Under the pieces are notes generated by a model. It worked only from the letters and a program-made list of their open reading frames with translations. It made no database searches and was not told where the DNA came from. Made by a program: the position numbers and the translations under genes. Of a DNA stretch of 64,000 nucleotides, positions 39,742 through 49,228 are shown piece after piece (within the stretch, counting starts at the first letter, position 1; each line of letters opens with the position of its first letter). This DNA comes from Planctomycetota bacterium (GTDB lineage Bacteria; Planctomycetota; SZUA-567; H5-PLA8): the NCBI GenBank assembly GCA_038227875.1, contig JBBRPR010000019.1:64001-128000 (forward strand), in the 5' to 3' direction.

Positions 39742-40774
39742 GCTTATTCTGACCCTCCTGGCCCTGGCGCTGATCTCAACGTTGCGCGCCGAAGATTCAC
39801 CCGCTCCAAAACCTGGCGATGCCTACCGCGTGATCAAGAAGGTCCCGCTCGGCGGCGACGGCTTCTGGGATTACCTGCTGGCCGACGCGGCGGAACACAA
39901 GCTCTACATCGCCCGCGGCAACCGCATCATGATTGTCGACATGGACACGGAAAAGCTGACCGGCGAAATCACGGGCATTGACGGCGCGCACGGCATCGCT
40001 CTGGTCCCGGATCTGCAGCGCGCGTTCGCGACCAGTGGCCGCGACGCGACGGTCCGCGTGATCGATCTGAAGACGCTGAAGGAAACCGACCGGCTCAAGG
40101 CCGGCCCGAAAGCCGATGCGATCATTTATGAGCCGGTGACCAAACACGTCTTTGCGTTCAACAATCAGATCACCTCCGTTACCGTCATCGACGCCGCGAA
40201 AGCGAAGGTGGAGTCGGAGTTGGAACTGGGCGGCAACCCGGAATTCGCCGTCGCCGATGGCACGGGGAAGGTCTTCGTCAATCTGGAAGACAAGAACGAG
40301 ATTGTGGCGATCGATGCCGCGACGTTAAAGGTCACCGCGCGCTGGCCGCTTGCGCCAGGCGCTTCGCCGACGGGCCTGGCGCTCGACGGTGCGCATCACC
40401 GGCTGTTCTCCGGCTGCCGCGAGAGCAAAACCTTAGTCGTGATGGACTCCGAGAACGGCAAGATTGTCGCCTCCCTTCCCATCGGTGATGGTGTGGACGC
40501 CGTCGCGTTCGATCCGGAATCGCAGAACGCTTTCAGTTCCAACGGCGATGGTACGGTGACGGTGGTTCATGAGGACGACCCGGCGACATTCAAGGTGACG
40601 CAGACGGTACAGACTCTGCCCGGCGCGCGCACGTGTACGCTGGACCCGAAGACACACCGCCTCTGGCTGGTGAGCGCCGAGACCCAACCGGCGCCCAACG
40701 ACAAAGTCGAACAGAATCGGCAACATCGCTCACTGATTCCAGATTCGTTTACGGCGATTGTGGTGGGGAAGTAG
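39725..40774 (+). CDS. YncE/YVTN family beta-propeller protein
   Basis: Signal peptide; GGDGFWDYL, GAHGIALVP, LGGNPEFAVADG, PTGLALD, IGDGVDAVAFDP, GARTCTLDP. Confidence 0.9.
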   Translation: MEKRPELILTLLALALISTLRAEDSPAPKPGDAYRVIKKVPLGGDGFWDYLLADAAEHKLYIARGNRIMIVDMDTEKLTGEITGIDGAHGIALVPDLQRAFATSGRDATVRVIDLKTLKETDRLKAGPKADAIIYEPVTKHVFAFNNQITSVTVIDAAKAKVESELELGGNPEFAVADGTGKVFVNLEDKNEIVAIDAATLKVTARWPLAPGASPTGLALDGAHHRLFSGCRESKTLVVMDSENGKIVASLPIGDGVDAVAFDPESQNAFSSNGDGTVTVVHEDDPATFKVTQTVQTLPGARTCTLDPKTHRLWLVSAETQPAPNDKVEQNRQHRSLIPDSFTAIVVGK

Positions 40775-40806
40775 AGGCGGATATTAGAGTCGTAAACAAT
40801 CCTGCA

Positions 40807-41178
40807 TTAGGAGCTCGCACACACCGTGTAAAGTTTGTGGACCATTTCCAGCACGGTGAAGGGGTCGAAGGGCTTCTGAATATAGTACGGTATTCCCATT
40901 TCAGCGGCCTTGGACTTCGCGTCCACTCCCGTCATTAAGACGATATGAACGGGATTGTTGACCAGCTTTGCTTTTTGCAGGAAATCCAACGGATCGAAAT
41001 CGGGCAGCGTGTAGTCAATAAAAAGAATGCAGGGCTGCGTGCAGGAATGCAATTCGACCAAGGCATGCGCGCCATCGTTGCACGCTTTGACAGGATAACC
41101 GTCCGCGCTGAGCACCATTTCGAGCATTTGGGTCGTATCGACATGGTCATCGAGTATAAATATCGGGTGATTCTTCAT
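40807..41178 (-). CDS. Single-domain response regulator (receiver)
   Basis: IFILDDH, LFIDYTLPDFD (phospho-Asp), VLMTG, IQKPFD. Confidence 0.88.
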   Translation of the reverse strand: MKNHPIFILDDHVDTTQMLEMVLSADGYPVKACNDGAHALVELHSCTQPCILFIDYTLPDFDPLDFLQKAKLVNNPVHIVLMTGVDAKSKAAEMGIPYYIQKPFDPFTVLEMVHKLYTVCASS

Positions 41179-41254
41179 TTCGAGGCTCTCCCAAGTCGAG
41201 TCCCTCGAGTGACAACAATTACCGTTCCAAATTGGCGCTGATTTAAAACATAGT

Positions 41255-41971
41255 TCAGGCCGAGCAGGACACGGGCAGCGCCGCACTTCCTTTCAGCACA
41301 TCGCAGTAGGTTTCCAATGCGCGCTCGCCTTGCGCGGTCAGCTGGTACGTGCCTCGACCGAGGCGCTGGAACCAGCCGTAATAATTGTTGAGCAGAATGC
41401 TGCCGGCCTTGGTGCTCTCCGCACCCTTGGCAACGGCGCGCACGAGGCTCGGTCCGAGCACTTTCAGTTGTTGAGCAATGCGCAGCGCTTCTTCGCGGTA
41501 GGCGGTGACGATCTTCCGCCGCGTGCTGCCGCCGATGTTGTAGTCGCCGCTGCGCTTCTCGATTTCGCGGAGGATCAGCCGCCGGCGCTTGCTGTCGATG
41601 CGCGGTTTGTACGGCGCTGGATCGAGGAGGACGTCGGGTATGCCATCCGGCGCCGCACCGCGCTTTTTGCGCTTCATGTGCACGATGATCAAGCCCAGTC
41701 CCAGCCGCTTGCAAAGCCGCAGCATGCCGCGCCGCCGTTTGCGGTCGTAACGTTTGGGCGCTTCAAACGCGAGGTATACGGTTTCGGTGGCGCGCTGACG
41801 TTCCAGGCCTTGGAAGACGAGTTCCAGGTTGAAGGCGCATTTCATTTCCACGATCAACAGATCGTCGCCGCGCCGCGCAGCCAGATCGCAGGCATTCACT
41901 TCGCCGAAGACGGAGAAGCCTTGGGCTTCAAAGGCGCGCTTCAGCGGGAGGTAGAGGTCGGATTCGGGCAT
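41255..41971 (-). CDS. DUF2161 family putative PD-(D/E)XK protein
   Basis: ESDLYLPLK, GEVNACD, IVEMKCAFNLELVFQG, LCKRLGLGL, GGSTRRKIVTAYREEAL, NYYGWF. Confidence 0.88.
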   Translation of the reverse strand: MPESDLYLPLKRAFEAQGFSVFGEVNACDLAARRGDDLLIVEMKCAFNLELVFQGLERQRATETVYLAFEAPKRYDRKRRRGMLRLCKRLGLGLIIVHMKRKKRGAAPDGIPDVLLDPAPYKPRIDSKRRRLILREIEKRSGDYNIGGSTRRKIVTAYREEALRIAQQLKVLGPSLVRAVAKGAESTKAGSILLNNYYGWFQRLGRGTYQLTAQGERALETYCDVLKGSAALPVSCSA

Positions 41972-42035
41972 ACAGAAGGTTTCGTCAATTTCGCCGGCGA
42001 GGTCAAGCGGGAATGTCGAATGTCGAACGTCGCAG

Positions 42036-42069
42036 GGACCAACTCCCCGCTTGCACGGGGAGTTGGTCC
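42036..42069 (-). terminator. Strong hairpin / probable terminator after the DUF4394 gene
   Basis: GGACCAACTCCCCG-CTTGCA-CGGGGAGTTGGTCC, 14-bp perfect stem; no clear U-tract. Confidence 0.6.
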
Positions 42070-42081
42070 TGCTTGCGCGAC

Positions 42082-44724
42082 TTACTTCTTTACCTTGGCC
42101 AGCTGAGCGTTGCCGCTCTTGCCCTTCTTTGCTGAATAGGTCAGCGACTTGGTGGCTTCGTACTTCACGTTGTTCAGATAGAGATCGAGGGTGATCGTCG
42201 CCGCCTGTTTCGAGGCATCGATGGAGGTCAGGCCGGAGTTGGCCAGGAAGGTGGCGAACGTGTTCTTGGACATCGTCACCGTGTACTTGGCCACGCCGCC
42301 GCTCTTGGACGTCTGGAGCTTGAAGGAGTTCGTGCCGCCGGCCGGGCGGCAGGTGCCCTTCTTGTCGGAGCCAGACTTGTCCAGCGTGAAGCGGCCGAGG
42401 ACTCCGCCAACGCCGCCGACATCCACCAGCACCGGCTTGCCCAGCACCGTGCCAGTGAACGGAACCGTGCCGCTGAGGCTGACACTGTCGCCACCGCTCT
42501 TGGCGAAGTTCAACTTCGCGGAGAACTTCGTGACCGTCAGCGTCTGAGCCGTGCCGGCCGGGGCGCCACTGAAGGGCGTCGACGAGGCGCTGGCAGGATC
42601 GCTGCCGAAGAGCGTTTCCAGTTCGTTGGTGAAGCCGTCGCCGTCGATGTCATCCTTGTCGGAGATGATCAGCGTCGCGGTGCTCTGCGCGCCCAGCAGT
42701 GCGCCGACGGGATTCTTCAGCGTCAGATTCACGGTCTTGAAGAGGTCCAGCGTCTTGTCGTCGAAGGTCGGCACGTTGATCGTGCGCGACGTTTCGCCGT
42801 CGAGGAACGTCAGCGTTCCGGTCAGCGGCGAATAGTCGGTCACCGGCGTGGCCAACCCGCCGGGCGTCACCGCGGTGCCGCCCGTGCCGATGGCGTAGTC
42901 GATCGTCGCAATGCCCGTGCTGCCACCGGAACGGCTGACGGTGATCTGCGCGACATTCGTCTCGATCACCTGGTAACTGGCGGCCGAGAATTGAATCGCA
43001 CCGGCGCCGGAGCCTGTCGTACCGGCCGTCTGGCTGGGGATGGCCAGCAGCCGGACCGTTGTTGCTGGGCTGGTGAGCCCCGGTACGGTGCCGAAGCTCT
43101 GCGTCGCGCCGTTGACGAGATTGACCAACTGCAGAGTGGTTCCGGCGTTGAGGATGAAGCCTCGGCCATCGGGCGCGACTTGGAAGGAGTTGACGTTGGT
43201 CAGGGCAATCGACGATTGAGTTGGGACACCGGCGTTGGTGAACATCTGCGTGTTCAACGTTCCAGCGTCCTGCGGGCTTTGCGTGGTGATCAGGGTTTTG
43301 GAACCGGTCTGATCGAGGAAGAGCAACGTGGTTGAAGCCACCCCGTTGTTCTTGTTGGTGTAGGCGGAACCGGCAAGGACGGGCGTGCGTCCGAAATTGG
43401 GATCACCGGTGACATAGGCCGGCGCCGGATCGAGATTGATCAGCGTCGCGGTCTTTGGATCGACGCGGGCGTTGAGACCACCGTTGCTGGCGTGGATGCG
43501 GAGGACGTCGCGGACGGGATCAAAATTCATGCTGTAGCGCAGACCACCCGACGGATTGGGCAGCTTGATCGTCGAACCCACCGCCGTGGCGGCGCCGGTC
43601 ACTGTGTCGATGGTGTAGAGCCCGAAATCGTTGCCGTTGCTGGTGAGACCGTAGAGCGAGCCGTTGCTGGGGCGGAAGTCCAGTGCGACCAGGAACGAGC
43701 CATTGGGCAGGCCCGTGATCGGCGACTGAGCCACCAGGACGGCGGGGCTGGCCAGATTGAACTTGGCCAACCCGGGATTCACTTTCGTCACCGTGTTCAC
43801 CACATCCTGCGTCGCACCGAAAGCGAACACGACCGGCGGCGGCGGAACGGCGATGCTCACCACCAGGTCCGGCGAGCCGATGGCCGCCAGCAGTGTCGCT
43901 GAACCGGTGGCCAGATCGATGTTGAAGAACGACGACGTCGTGGCGCCGGCTGGCTGGAGCGCGGCGAAGGCCGTCCCACTGAACGGCGAGATGGTGAAGC
44001 CCGCGTTGTCGCCGATGGCCACGCCCAGCTTGCCGATCTGGTTCAGGAAGCCGGAATTTCCCGTATGCGTAGTGAGGATGCCGAGTGTGGAATCGATGGC
44101 GTAGAGCGTCGAACCGGGGGCATTGACGAATTTGTTGGACTGCGTTAGCGCGACGACGTGCGGCGAGGAGGTGGCGTTGGCATCGTTGTAGGTCAGCGAG
44201 CTATCCGTTGCGACCAGCGAGCCGTTGACGGGGCTCACGCGCAAGTTCTGTCCGTTTTCGTTGTCGACGCGGAAGAGATCGCTGGCGAAGGTCGGAACGT
44301 AAGTGAAGCTGTAGTGCGAACCGGTCAGCGTCGTCGAGAAATTGGGCAGCGGGGTCTGCGGCGGCGTCTGCAGCCCGACCAGGGACGCAACGCCGGTGAC
44401 CGGGTTGATCTGGTAGAGGCGGCCAGTGAAGTTCGGGACCGGCGGCGGCACGCCACCCGGCGGAGTAGCGGAGATGGCGATGCCGTAGAGTTGGCCGTTG
44501 TATGTGCGGAAGTCGATGGCGACGATCTTCTCACCGGTCTGCAGCCCCGTGATCGGCGTGGTGCTGATCAGCGTCCCCGGCGAACTGGCGTCGAAGCGGA
44601 TGAGATTGTTGGCCGCCGTGACGGCGAGCACATCCTCCGCGTGCACGCAGCTGAGTGAAGCCGACAGGCCGAGCACCAGTGCGCTCAAGACCCCCAACAG
44701 ACTCCGAGACGATGACAGACGCAT
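42082..44724 (-). CDS. Secreted protein: two DUF4394-like domains, Calx-beta, conserved C-terminal domain
   Basis: Signal peptide; ITGLQTGEKIVAIDFR and ITGLPNGSFLVALDFRPSNG repeats; Calx-beta QFSAASYQVIE..GTLTFLDGETSRTI; DIDGDGFTNELE. Confidence 0.85.
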   Translation of the reverse strand: MRLSSSRSLLGVLSALVLGLSASLSCVHAEDVLAVTAANNLIRFDASSPGTLISTTPITGLQTGEKIVAIDFRTYNGQLYGIAISATPPGGVPPPVPNFTGRLYQINPVTGVASLVGLQTPPQTPLPNFSTTLTGSHYSFTYVPTFASDLFRVDNENGQNLRVSPVNGSLVATDSSLTYNDANATSSPHVVALTQSNKFVNAPGSTLYAIDSTLGILTTHTGNSGFLNQIGKLGVAIGDNAGFTISPFSGTAFAALQPAGATTSSFFNIDLATGSATLLAAIGSPDLVVSIAVPPPPVVFAFGATQDVVNTVTKVNPGLAKFNLASPAVLVAQSPITGLPNGSFLVALDFRPSNGSLYGLTSNGNDFGLYTIDTVTGAATAVGSTIKLPNPSGGLRYSMNFDPVRDVLRIHASNGGLNARVDPKTATLINLDPAPAYVTGDPNFGRTPVLAGSAYTNKNNGVASTTLLFLDQTGSKTLITTQSPQDAGTLNTQMFTNAGVPTQSSIALTNVNSFQVAPDGRGFILNAGTTLQLVNLVNGATQSFGTVPGLTSPATTVRLLAIPSQTAGTTGSGAGAIQFSAASYQVIETNVAQITVSRSGGSTGIATIDYAIGTGGTAVTPGGLATPVTDYSPLTGTLTFLDGETSRTINVPTFDDKTLDLFKTVNLTLKNPVGALLGAQSTATLIISDKDDIDGDGFTNELETLFGSDPASASSTPFSGAPAGTAQTLTVTKFSAKLNFAKSGGDSVSLSGTVPFTGTVLGKPVLVDVGGVGGVLGRFTLDKSGSDKKGTCRPAGGTNSFKLQTSKSGGVAKYTVTMSKNTFATFLANSGLTSIDASKQAATITLDLYLNNVKYEATKSLTYSAKKGKSGNAQLAKVKK

Positions 44725-44840
44725 ACAGCCCCTCCCTCTTTAGTGAATGCTGGTCAGTGACGCTATACATTGTGCAATAACTGCCTGAAGGGTTCAATGA
44801 AATCCATATTAAGCTTGCTTGGCGACGCTATCTCCATGTG

Positions 44841-44870
44841 CAATGTTACGGAATGTTACCGAAAGTTACA
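44841..44870. repeat. Three 10-bp phased direct repeats
   Basis: CAATGTTACG GAATGTTACC GAAAGTTACA, ~120-145 bp upstream of the DUF4394 gene start. Confidence 0.6.
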
Positions 44871-45490
44871 TGGGCGGGGCTTTTTCTTAGGTGCGCGAGG
44901 CGAGAGCGATGTTGCTCGGTGATTGGCGGAGACTGTCCGGCTAAAAGTGGTCGGTGGTCGGTTGGGGGCGTTCGGCGTGTGCATGTCGGCGTCCTTGGAG
45001 TGTCCGCGCTCGCGCGGTCGGGATCAGTCCGGCGAAAAGTTGTCGGTACGGAAGTGCCGATTGCGGATTGCGAGTGTGGGAGTTTTTGAAGCGCGTGGGC
45101 ATTGTGTGCGACTCCGGGCGGCTGAGATGAAGTGCAGGCATTTTTCCGGACCGGAAGCCGGCCGATAATAGCAAGGCCTTGGTTGGATTGACGCGTGTGT
45201 TTTTTGAGCCTGATAAAGATCCAGCGGGAAGAACATCGCATATTTCCCATAGTATATAAGCGGTGATTAAACCCAAAAGTCAAGTCTTTTCTTTGAATTT
45301 AGTAAAAAAGATTTTATAATACACGATGTGCAGGCGCAGCAAGCCTGCGCGGCTGGACTGCGAGGGGTTAGGGTCAGTAGAGGCCCTATTTTCGATTGGG
45401 CCGCATGGACGGCGTGGCTGAGTTCTCGGCGTTCAAGTGTTCCTATTATATAAAGCAATGATCGACCCCGAAAATCAAGTAGAATCTGGC

Positions 45491-45610
45491 GAATGAGCTA
45501 ATTTGAGCTGAAATGAGCGTGTTTGATAGCAAATGAGAGCGAATGAGCAGGAATGAGCGTAAATGAGCGTAAATGAGCACGAATGAGCGTGAATGAGCGG
45601 AAACGAGCGA
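45491..45610. repeat. Tandem array of twelve 10-bp units, consensus (G/A)AATGAGCGT
   Basis: gaatgagcta atttgagctg aaatgagcgt gtttgatagc aaatgagagc gaatgagcag gaatgagcgt aaatgagcgt aaatgagcac gaatgagcgt gaatgagcgg aaacgagcga. Confidence 0.9.
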
Positions 45611-45693
45611 GTGGCACGAATATTATTTTTCGTAGCACTGCCAAATCGCAAACGGCCTCGGGTTACACGGGGCGCGAGGTCCATGCAATCCGC

Positions 45694-46800
45694 TCATTCA
45701 TCCGTGACCGTAATTTCCGCGGCATTGTTGGCGTTCATGAAATGCGAAAACCGTTGAGATCCAATTTTAATCCACGTGCGGCATAGGCCAACTACACTGA
45801 CTTTTCCCACGAATCGATTCGGCAGGGTCTCGAAACCATAAACAGTAATCGATTCTCCAGCAGCTAATTCTGTTATCTTCAAATCGATAAAGGATTGACC
45901 TTCCGTATACCCGGGAGACATCGTCATATTACCGCAAGCGAATTCGGCTACTCCGGCGTGGGACGCGCTTTCGACTACGGAAACCGGCGTATCCCCGCTG
46001 TTGGTCAATGTTCCGACCACTCTGATGAACGCACCTTTCGAATAGGTGTCGTAATCGGTGGTGCACGAAAATCGCAATGCCTTTGTCTCCTTATATAACT
46101 CCATATTTGGACGTATATGAATGTAGAGTTCATTGGAGACCAGTTCGCCTTCCCACAATTTCAATTGATGATCGGCGGCGTGATTTGAGGTCCACGTCGT
46201 TCGAAATCTGTAAATTCCCGGATCCATTATTCGGAACGTATGCGATTCACTCCGGCTGGAATGGGCTTCCAGTTCCGCTCCGTAGTGACTGTACCTACCC
46301 ATGTTATTTTCGAAGCCGTAGATCGTCATTAATAGTGGAGCGGGTTCGTCGTGAAAGACCAGCGTGGGTTTCGAATCGTCCGGAGCAGGAATCAAGTTCC
46401 CCCAGCGCTGCGATGGCGCATACACGGCCATTTCGTCCTGGTCCCGCGTAACCAATGGAGAATTTTCGATGATTTTGGAGTCGCTGACGTTCGAGACTTT
46501 TTCGACAACCACTATGTCTTCGCCTTGTACATAAGCAGTTCTGGACGATGACAATTCCAGCCGCAAGCCATTCGTCGCCATGGATTTTGTTCCGGCTGGC
46601 AGTAACGACAATGGATCGTCGGGATCATGCGGATGATGCGCATCATCCAAATTGGGAGTCGAAACAACATTTTGTTGCAGGGCAACCGGCCAGGAACCCG
46701 TGCCTGCGATGCGGGACTCAAACAATATGCAGCAAAGGATCACACACCCCACCGCGAGTGCGAGCGCGGTCAGTCGAAAGTAAAGGCCAAAGCGTCCCAT
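45694..46800 (-). CDS. Hypothetical exported protein with two beta-sandwich domains
   Basis: N-terminal hydrophobic anchor; two related units YVQGEDIVVVEKVSNVSDSKI and YSKGAFIRVVGTLTNSGDTPV; lower GC. Confidence 0.65.
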   Translation of the reverse strand: MGRFGLYFRLTALALAVGCVILCCILFESRIAGTGSWPVALQQNVVSTPNLDDAHHPHDPDDPLSLLPAGTKSMATNGLRLELSSSRTAYVQGEDIVVVEKVSNVSDSKIIENSPLVTRDQDEMAVYAPSQRWGNLIPAPDDSKPTLVFHDEPAPLLMTIYGFENNMGRYSHYGAELEAHSSRSESHTFRIMDPGIYRFRTTWTSNHAADHQLKLWEGELVSNELYIHIRPNMELYKETKALRFSCTTDYDTYSKGAFIRVVGTLTNSGDTPVSVVESASHAGVAEFACGNMTMSPGYTEGQSFIDLKITELAAGESITVYGFETLPNRFVGKVSVVGLCRTWIKIGSQRFSHFMNANNAAEITVTDE

Positions 46801-46929
46801 GGTTCTCTAACGGATTGGATGGAAGGAAATTGCACGAGGACTGGCAGCAACTGCACTCGGCTTTTTCGCTGCGACTGCAAAAACGGTGGATCCATCGGTC
46901 GTGCGTCCGGCATCGCGTGAGCGCAACGG

Positions 46930-46960
46930 CACTGGTCTCAACGGCGAGACCAGTGGCACC
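46930..46960. repeat. Single REP-like hairpin (GTGGCACC-ended family)
   Basis: CACTGGTCTC-AACGGC-GAGACCAGTG-GCACC; same terminal GTGGCACC as at 17034-17041. Confidence 0.55.
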
Positions 46961-47335
46961 CCTTGAACGCAAGCTGCTTAGAGGGCGTCTATCGCGAGGA
47001 CGGTATCCTGCGTCTAAATTGTCCCTACAGGACAATGCCGACCTCACGACACATTTTCCAGGGCTGCGTCGAAACGCCGCATGCGCGTCGGCTCGGCTTG
47101 CATTTCGCTGATGAAAATGGACCCGTTGGGTCCAACGACACGACGGACTTGGTGGCCGCGCGCAACGCATGCGTCTGTGCCGGAGCAAGACGAGCGCGAT
47201 GGTCCGCGGCCGGGCTGTACGGGCTGGTTGGCGCGAGCAAACAGGGTGGAAGAAAATTCCATATTTCTTCGCATCGATTTTCGACTTCGGGAGTCCAAGC
47301 TTCCGGCTTAATCGAGGGACTGAGGAGAACGCACT

Positions 47336-48283
47336 ATGTTTGCACGTTGGAAAATGGTGGCCACAATTACGGTTACGCTGCTGCTTCTGGCTCTCGCGAG
47401 TCGGCTGCCTTTGTCGGCGTGCCTGCATATGTCGCACGGCTATTCTGGCAAGATTTCGCAACCGACGCAGGAGGGCGTTATTTTCTTCACTGGCAACCGT
47501 GAGGAATTGGTGCTGCGCTCGACCTATAAGATCGTCGGTGAAAAACCGCCGGAACAGCTCGCCTGGGTGATGACGGTTCCAACGCTGCCCGACAGTTACC
47601 ACGTTGCCGATAAAAAACTGTTCGCGGAGCTCCGCACATGGGCCAGCCAGTGGGAGCCGAAACCGCAAGCCACAAAAGACCTTGCGCTCGCCGCCAATTC
47701 AGCGCCACTGGAACTGGCGCCCAAGGTCAACGTCGGGCCTTATGAAATTCAGCCGATTAAAGCGCGCGGCGCGGAGGCGCTCACTGCACTGAACGAGTGG
47801 TTCACACAAAACGGTTTCACGCCAGTGCCCCCCGAACACATGACGTACTTCGTGAACAACAATTTCACGTTTCTGGCTGTGAAGACCAAGCCGAAAGCCG
47901 ACGATTTCAAGAGCGGCGAAGTCAGTGAACTGCCGCCGCTACAGATTTCTTTTGCCACGGACAAGCCCTATTATCCGCTCAAGTTTTTTGCCAAGCAGGG
48001 CAACATTTCCCTGCGGCTGTATTTGTTCACGGCCAGCGAATTGGACCTGAACGCTTCCAAGGAGACGATGACGCTGCTCCACGCCACGCAGAATCACGGC
48101 GTGAACCGAAAGCTGAAAACGTCCAGCCTGTCCGCATCCCTGACTGCGGTACTTCCACAAGAGAAGAGCGGCGACGGCAAAGGCGCAGCAGAATGGTATT
48201 TGAATATTCTCGAGGCCAATAACTTCAACACAGACGAAGCGATGATGAAATGGGAGAAGGACGTTTTTTTCAGCGTGAAATGA
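47336..48283 (+). CDS. DUF2330 domain exported protein
   Basis: Signal peptide then AC; LAWVMTVPTLP, VGPYEI, ALNEWFTQNGF, FLAVK, LPPLQISF, PYYPLK; GAGGAG RBS. Confidence 0.75.
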   Translation: MFARWKMVATITVTLLLLALASRLPLSACLHMSHGYSGKISQPTQEGVIFFTGNREELVLRSTYKIVGEKPPEQLAWVMTVPTLPDSYHVADKKLFAELRTWASQWEPKPQATKDLALAANSAPLELAPKVNVGPYEIQPIKARGAEALTALNEWFTQNGFTPVPPEHMTYFVNNNFTFLAVKTKPKADDFKSGEVSELPPLQISFATDKPYYPLKFFAKQGNISLRLYLFTASELDLNASKETMTLLHATQNHGVNRKLKTSSLSASLTAVLPQEKSGDGKGAAEWYLNILEANNFNTDEAMMKWEKDVFFSVK

Positions 48284-48333
48284 GCAAGCGGCAGTCAACC
48301 GCTGTGCGAGGCGCGGCCATTGCGATAATTGGC

Positions 48334-49185
48334 TTATTGTTTTGGACCCGATCCGGCATCGGCGTTTTTGAGTTGAGTCAATTTTTCCTCCGCGCTTTTG
48401 AGCAGGCGGGCGAAGCGGTCGGCGAAGGCCTTCTCACTCGCGGCATCCGTGCGCCAGTTGCAATATTCACGCAGGCGCTTCATGCGTTCGGATAGTTTTT
48501 GGGGATCCATGAATGCCCTGGACTGGATCACATTGACGACACTGGAAACTGTGGTGGCCTCGGCAAGCGCAAGTTCGGCGTTGTCCAAGGCCTCGCTGTC
48601 CCGGCCGAGGTTCGAGCAGATCATGGCTCTGGATAGGTAGATCGCAAATTTAGTACTCGAATTACCAGCCGGAACCAACACGATTAATTCACTGCTCTTT
48701 TCATAAGCCAGCTCCAAGTCTGCTTTCATGTTGGCATCGGTTTCAATGTAGGGAATTGCCTGCAAGGAATTGAGTTCGCCCAGGATCGAATCGGCGGGGC
48801 TGTTTTTCGCCACCGATTTTTGAAGTTCTCCCCAGCGCTTGTCGTCGTGCAGGCTGACCAGGTCGGGATCTTCATTCATATATTTTGACTGGAAGAATCC
48901 AAATCGTGCGGCCTTCCAAATATCGACAAATGCATCCTCCTTATTTCCGACCCGGGCTTCGGCGCACGCGAGGTAATAGAAGGCCCAATCGTAGTGCGTC
49001 ATGCGCTTGGCGTATTCCTGGCACTTTACGAGCATGACTGGGAAGTCTTTGTTTTCATGGGCGAGGAGAATTTCTTGGAGCAGGGCCGCTTTGGACGGCG
49101 TGGCTTTGGCGTCGTTCTCGGCAAATGCTTTGAACGAAAGTAGGGCCGCGACGAGGAGCGGTATGCTCAAAATCAATTTTGACAT
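48334..49185 (-). CDS. Exported TPR-containing protein
   Basis: Signal peptide MSKLILSIPLLVAALLSFKAFA; YYLACAEARVGNKEDAF..DPDLVSLHDDKRW TPR-end motif. Confidence 0.75.
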   Translation of the reverse strand: MSKLILSIPLLVAALLSFKAFAENDAKATPSKAALLQEILLAHENKDFPVMLVKCQEYAKRMTHYDWAFYYLACAEARVGNKEDAFVDIWKAARFGFFQSKYMNEDPDLVSLHDDKRWGELQKSVAKNSPADSILGELNSLQAIPYIETDANMKADLELAYEKSSELIVLVPAGNSSTKFAIYLSRAMICSNLGRDSEALDNAELALAEATTVSSVVNVIQSRAFMDPQKLSERMKRLREYCNWRTDAASEKAFADRFARLLKSAEEKLTQLKNADAGSGPKQ

Positions 49186-49228
49186 GTGAGAAATCCCCTC
49201 GGAAACAGCAATCACTTTGCCCGGCGCA

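Noticed and set aside
45491..45610. Possible CRISPR array or repeat-peptide ORF (45475-45684)
   Set aside because: Units are contiguous 10-mers without spacers and no cas genes are present; a 10-bp period is not codon-phased, so the peptide repeat is probably incidental
46718..47668. 316-aa minus-strand ORF and other ORFs in the 46800-47336 gap
   Set aside because: Arg/Ser/Cys-rich non-protein-like composition; overlaps two better genes and a REP-like hairpin
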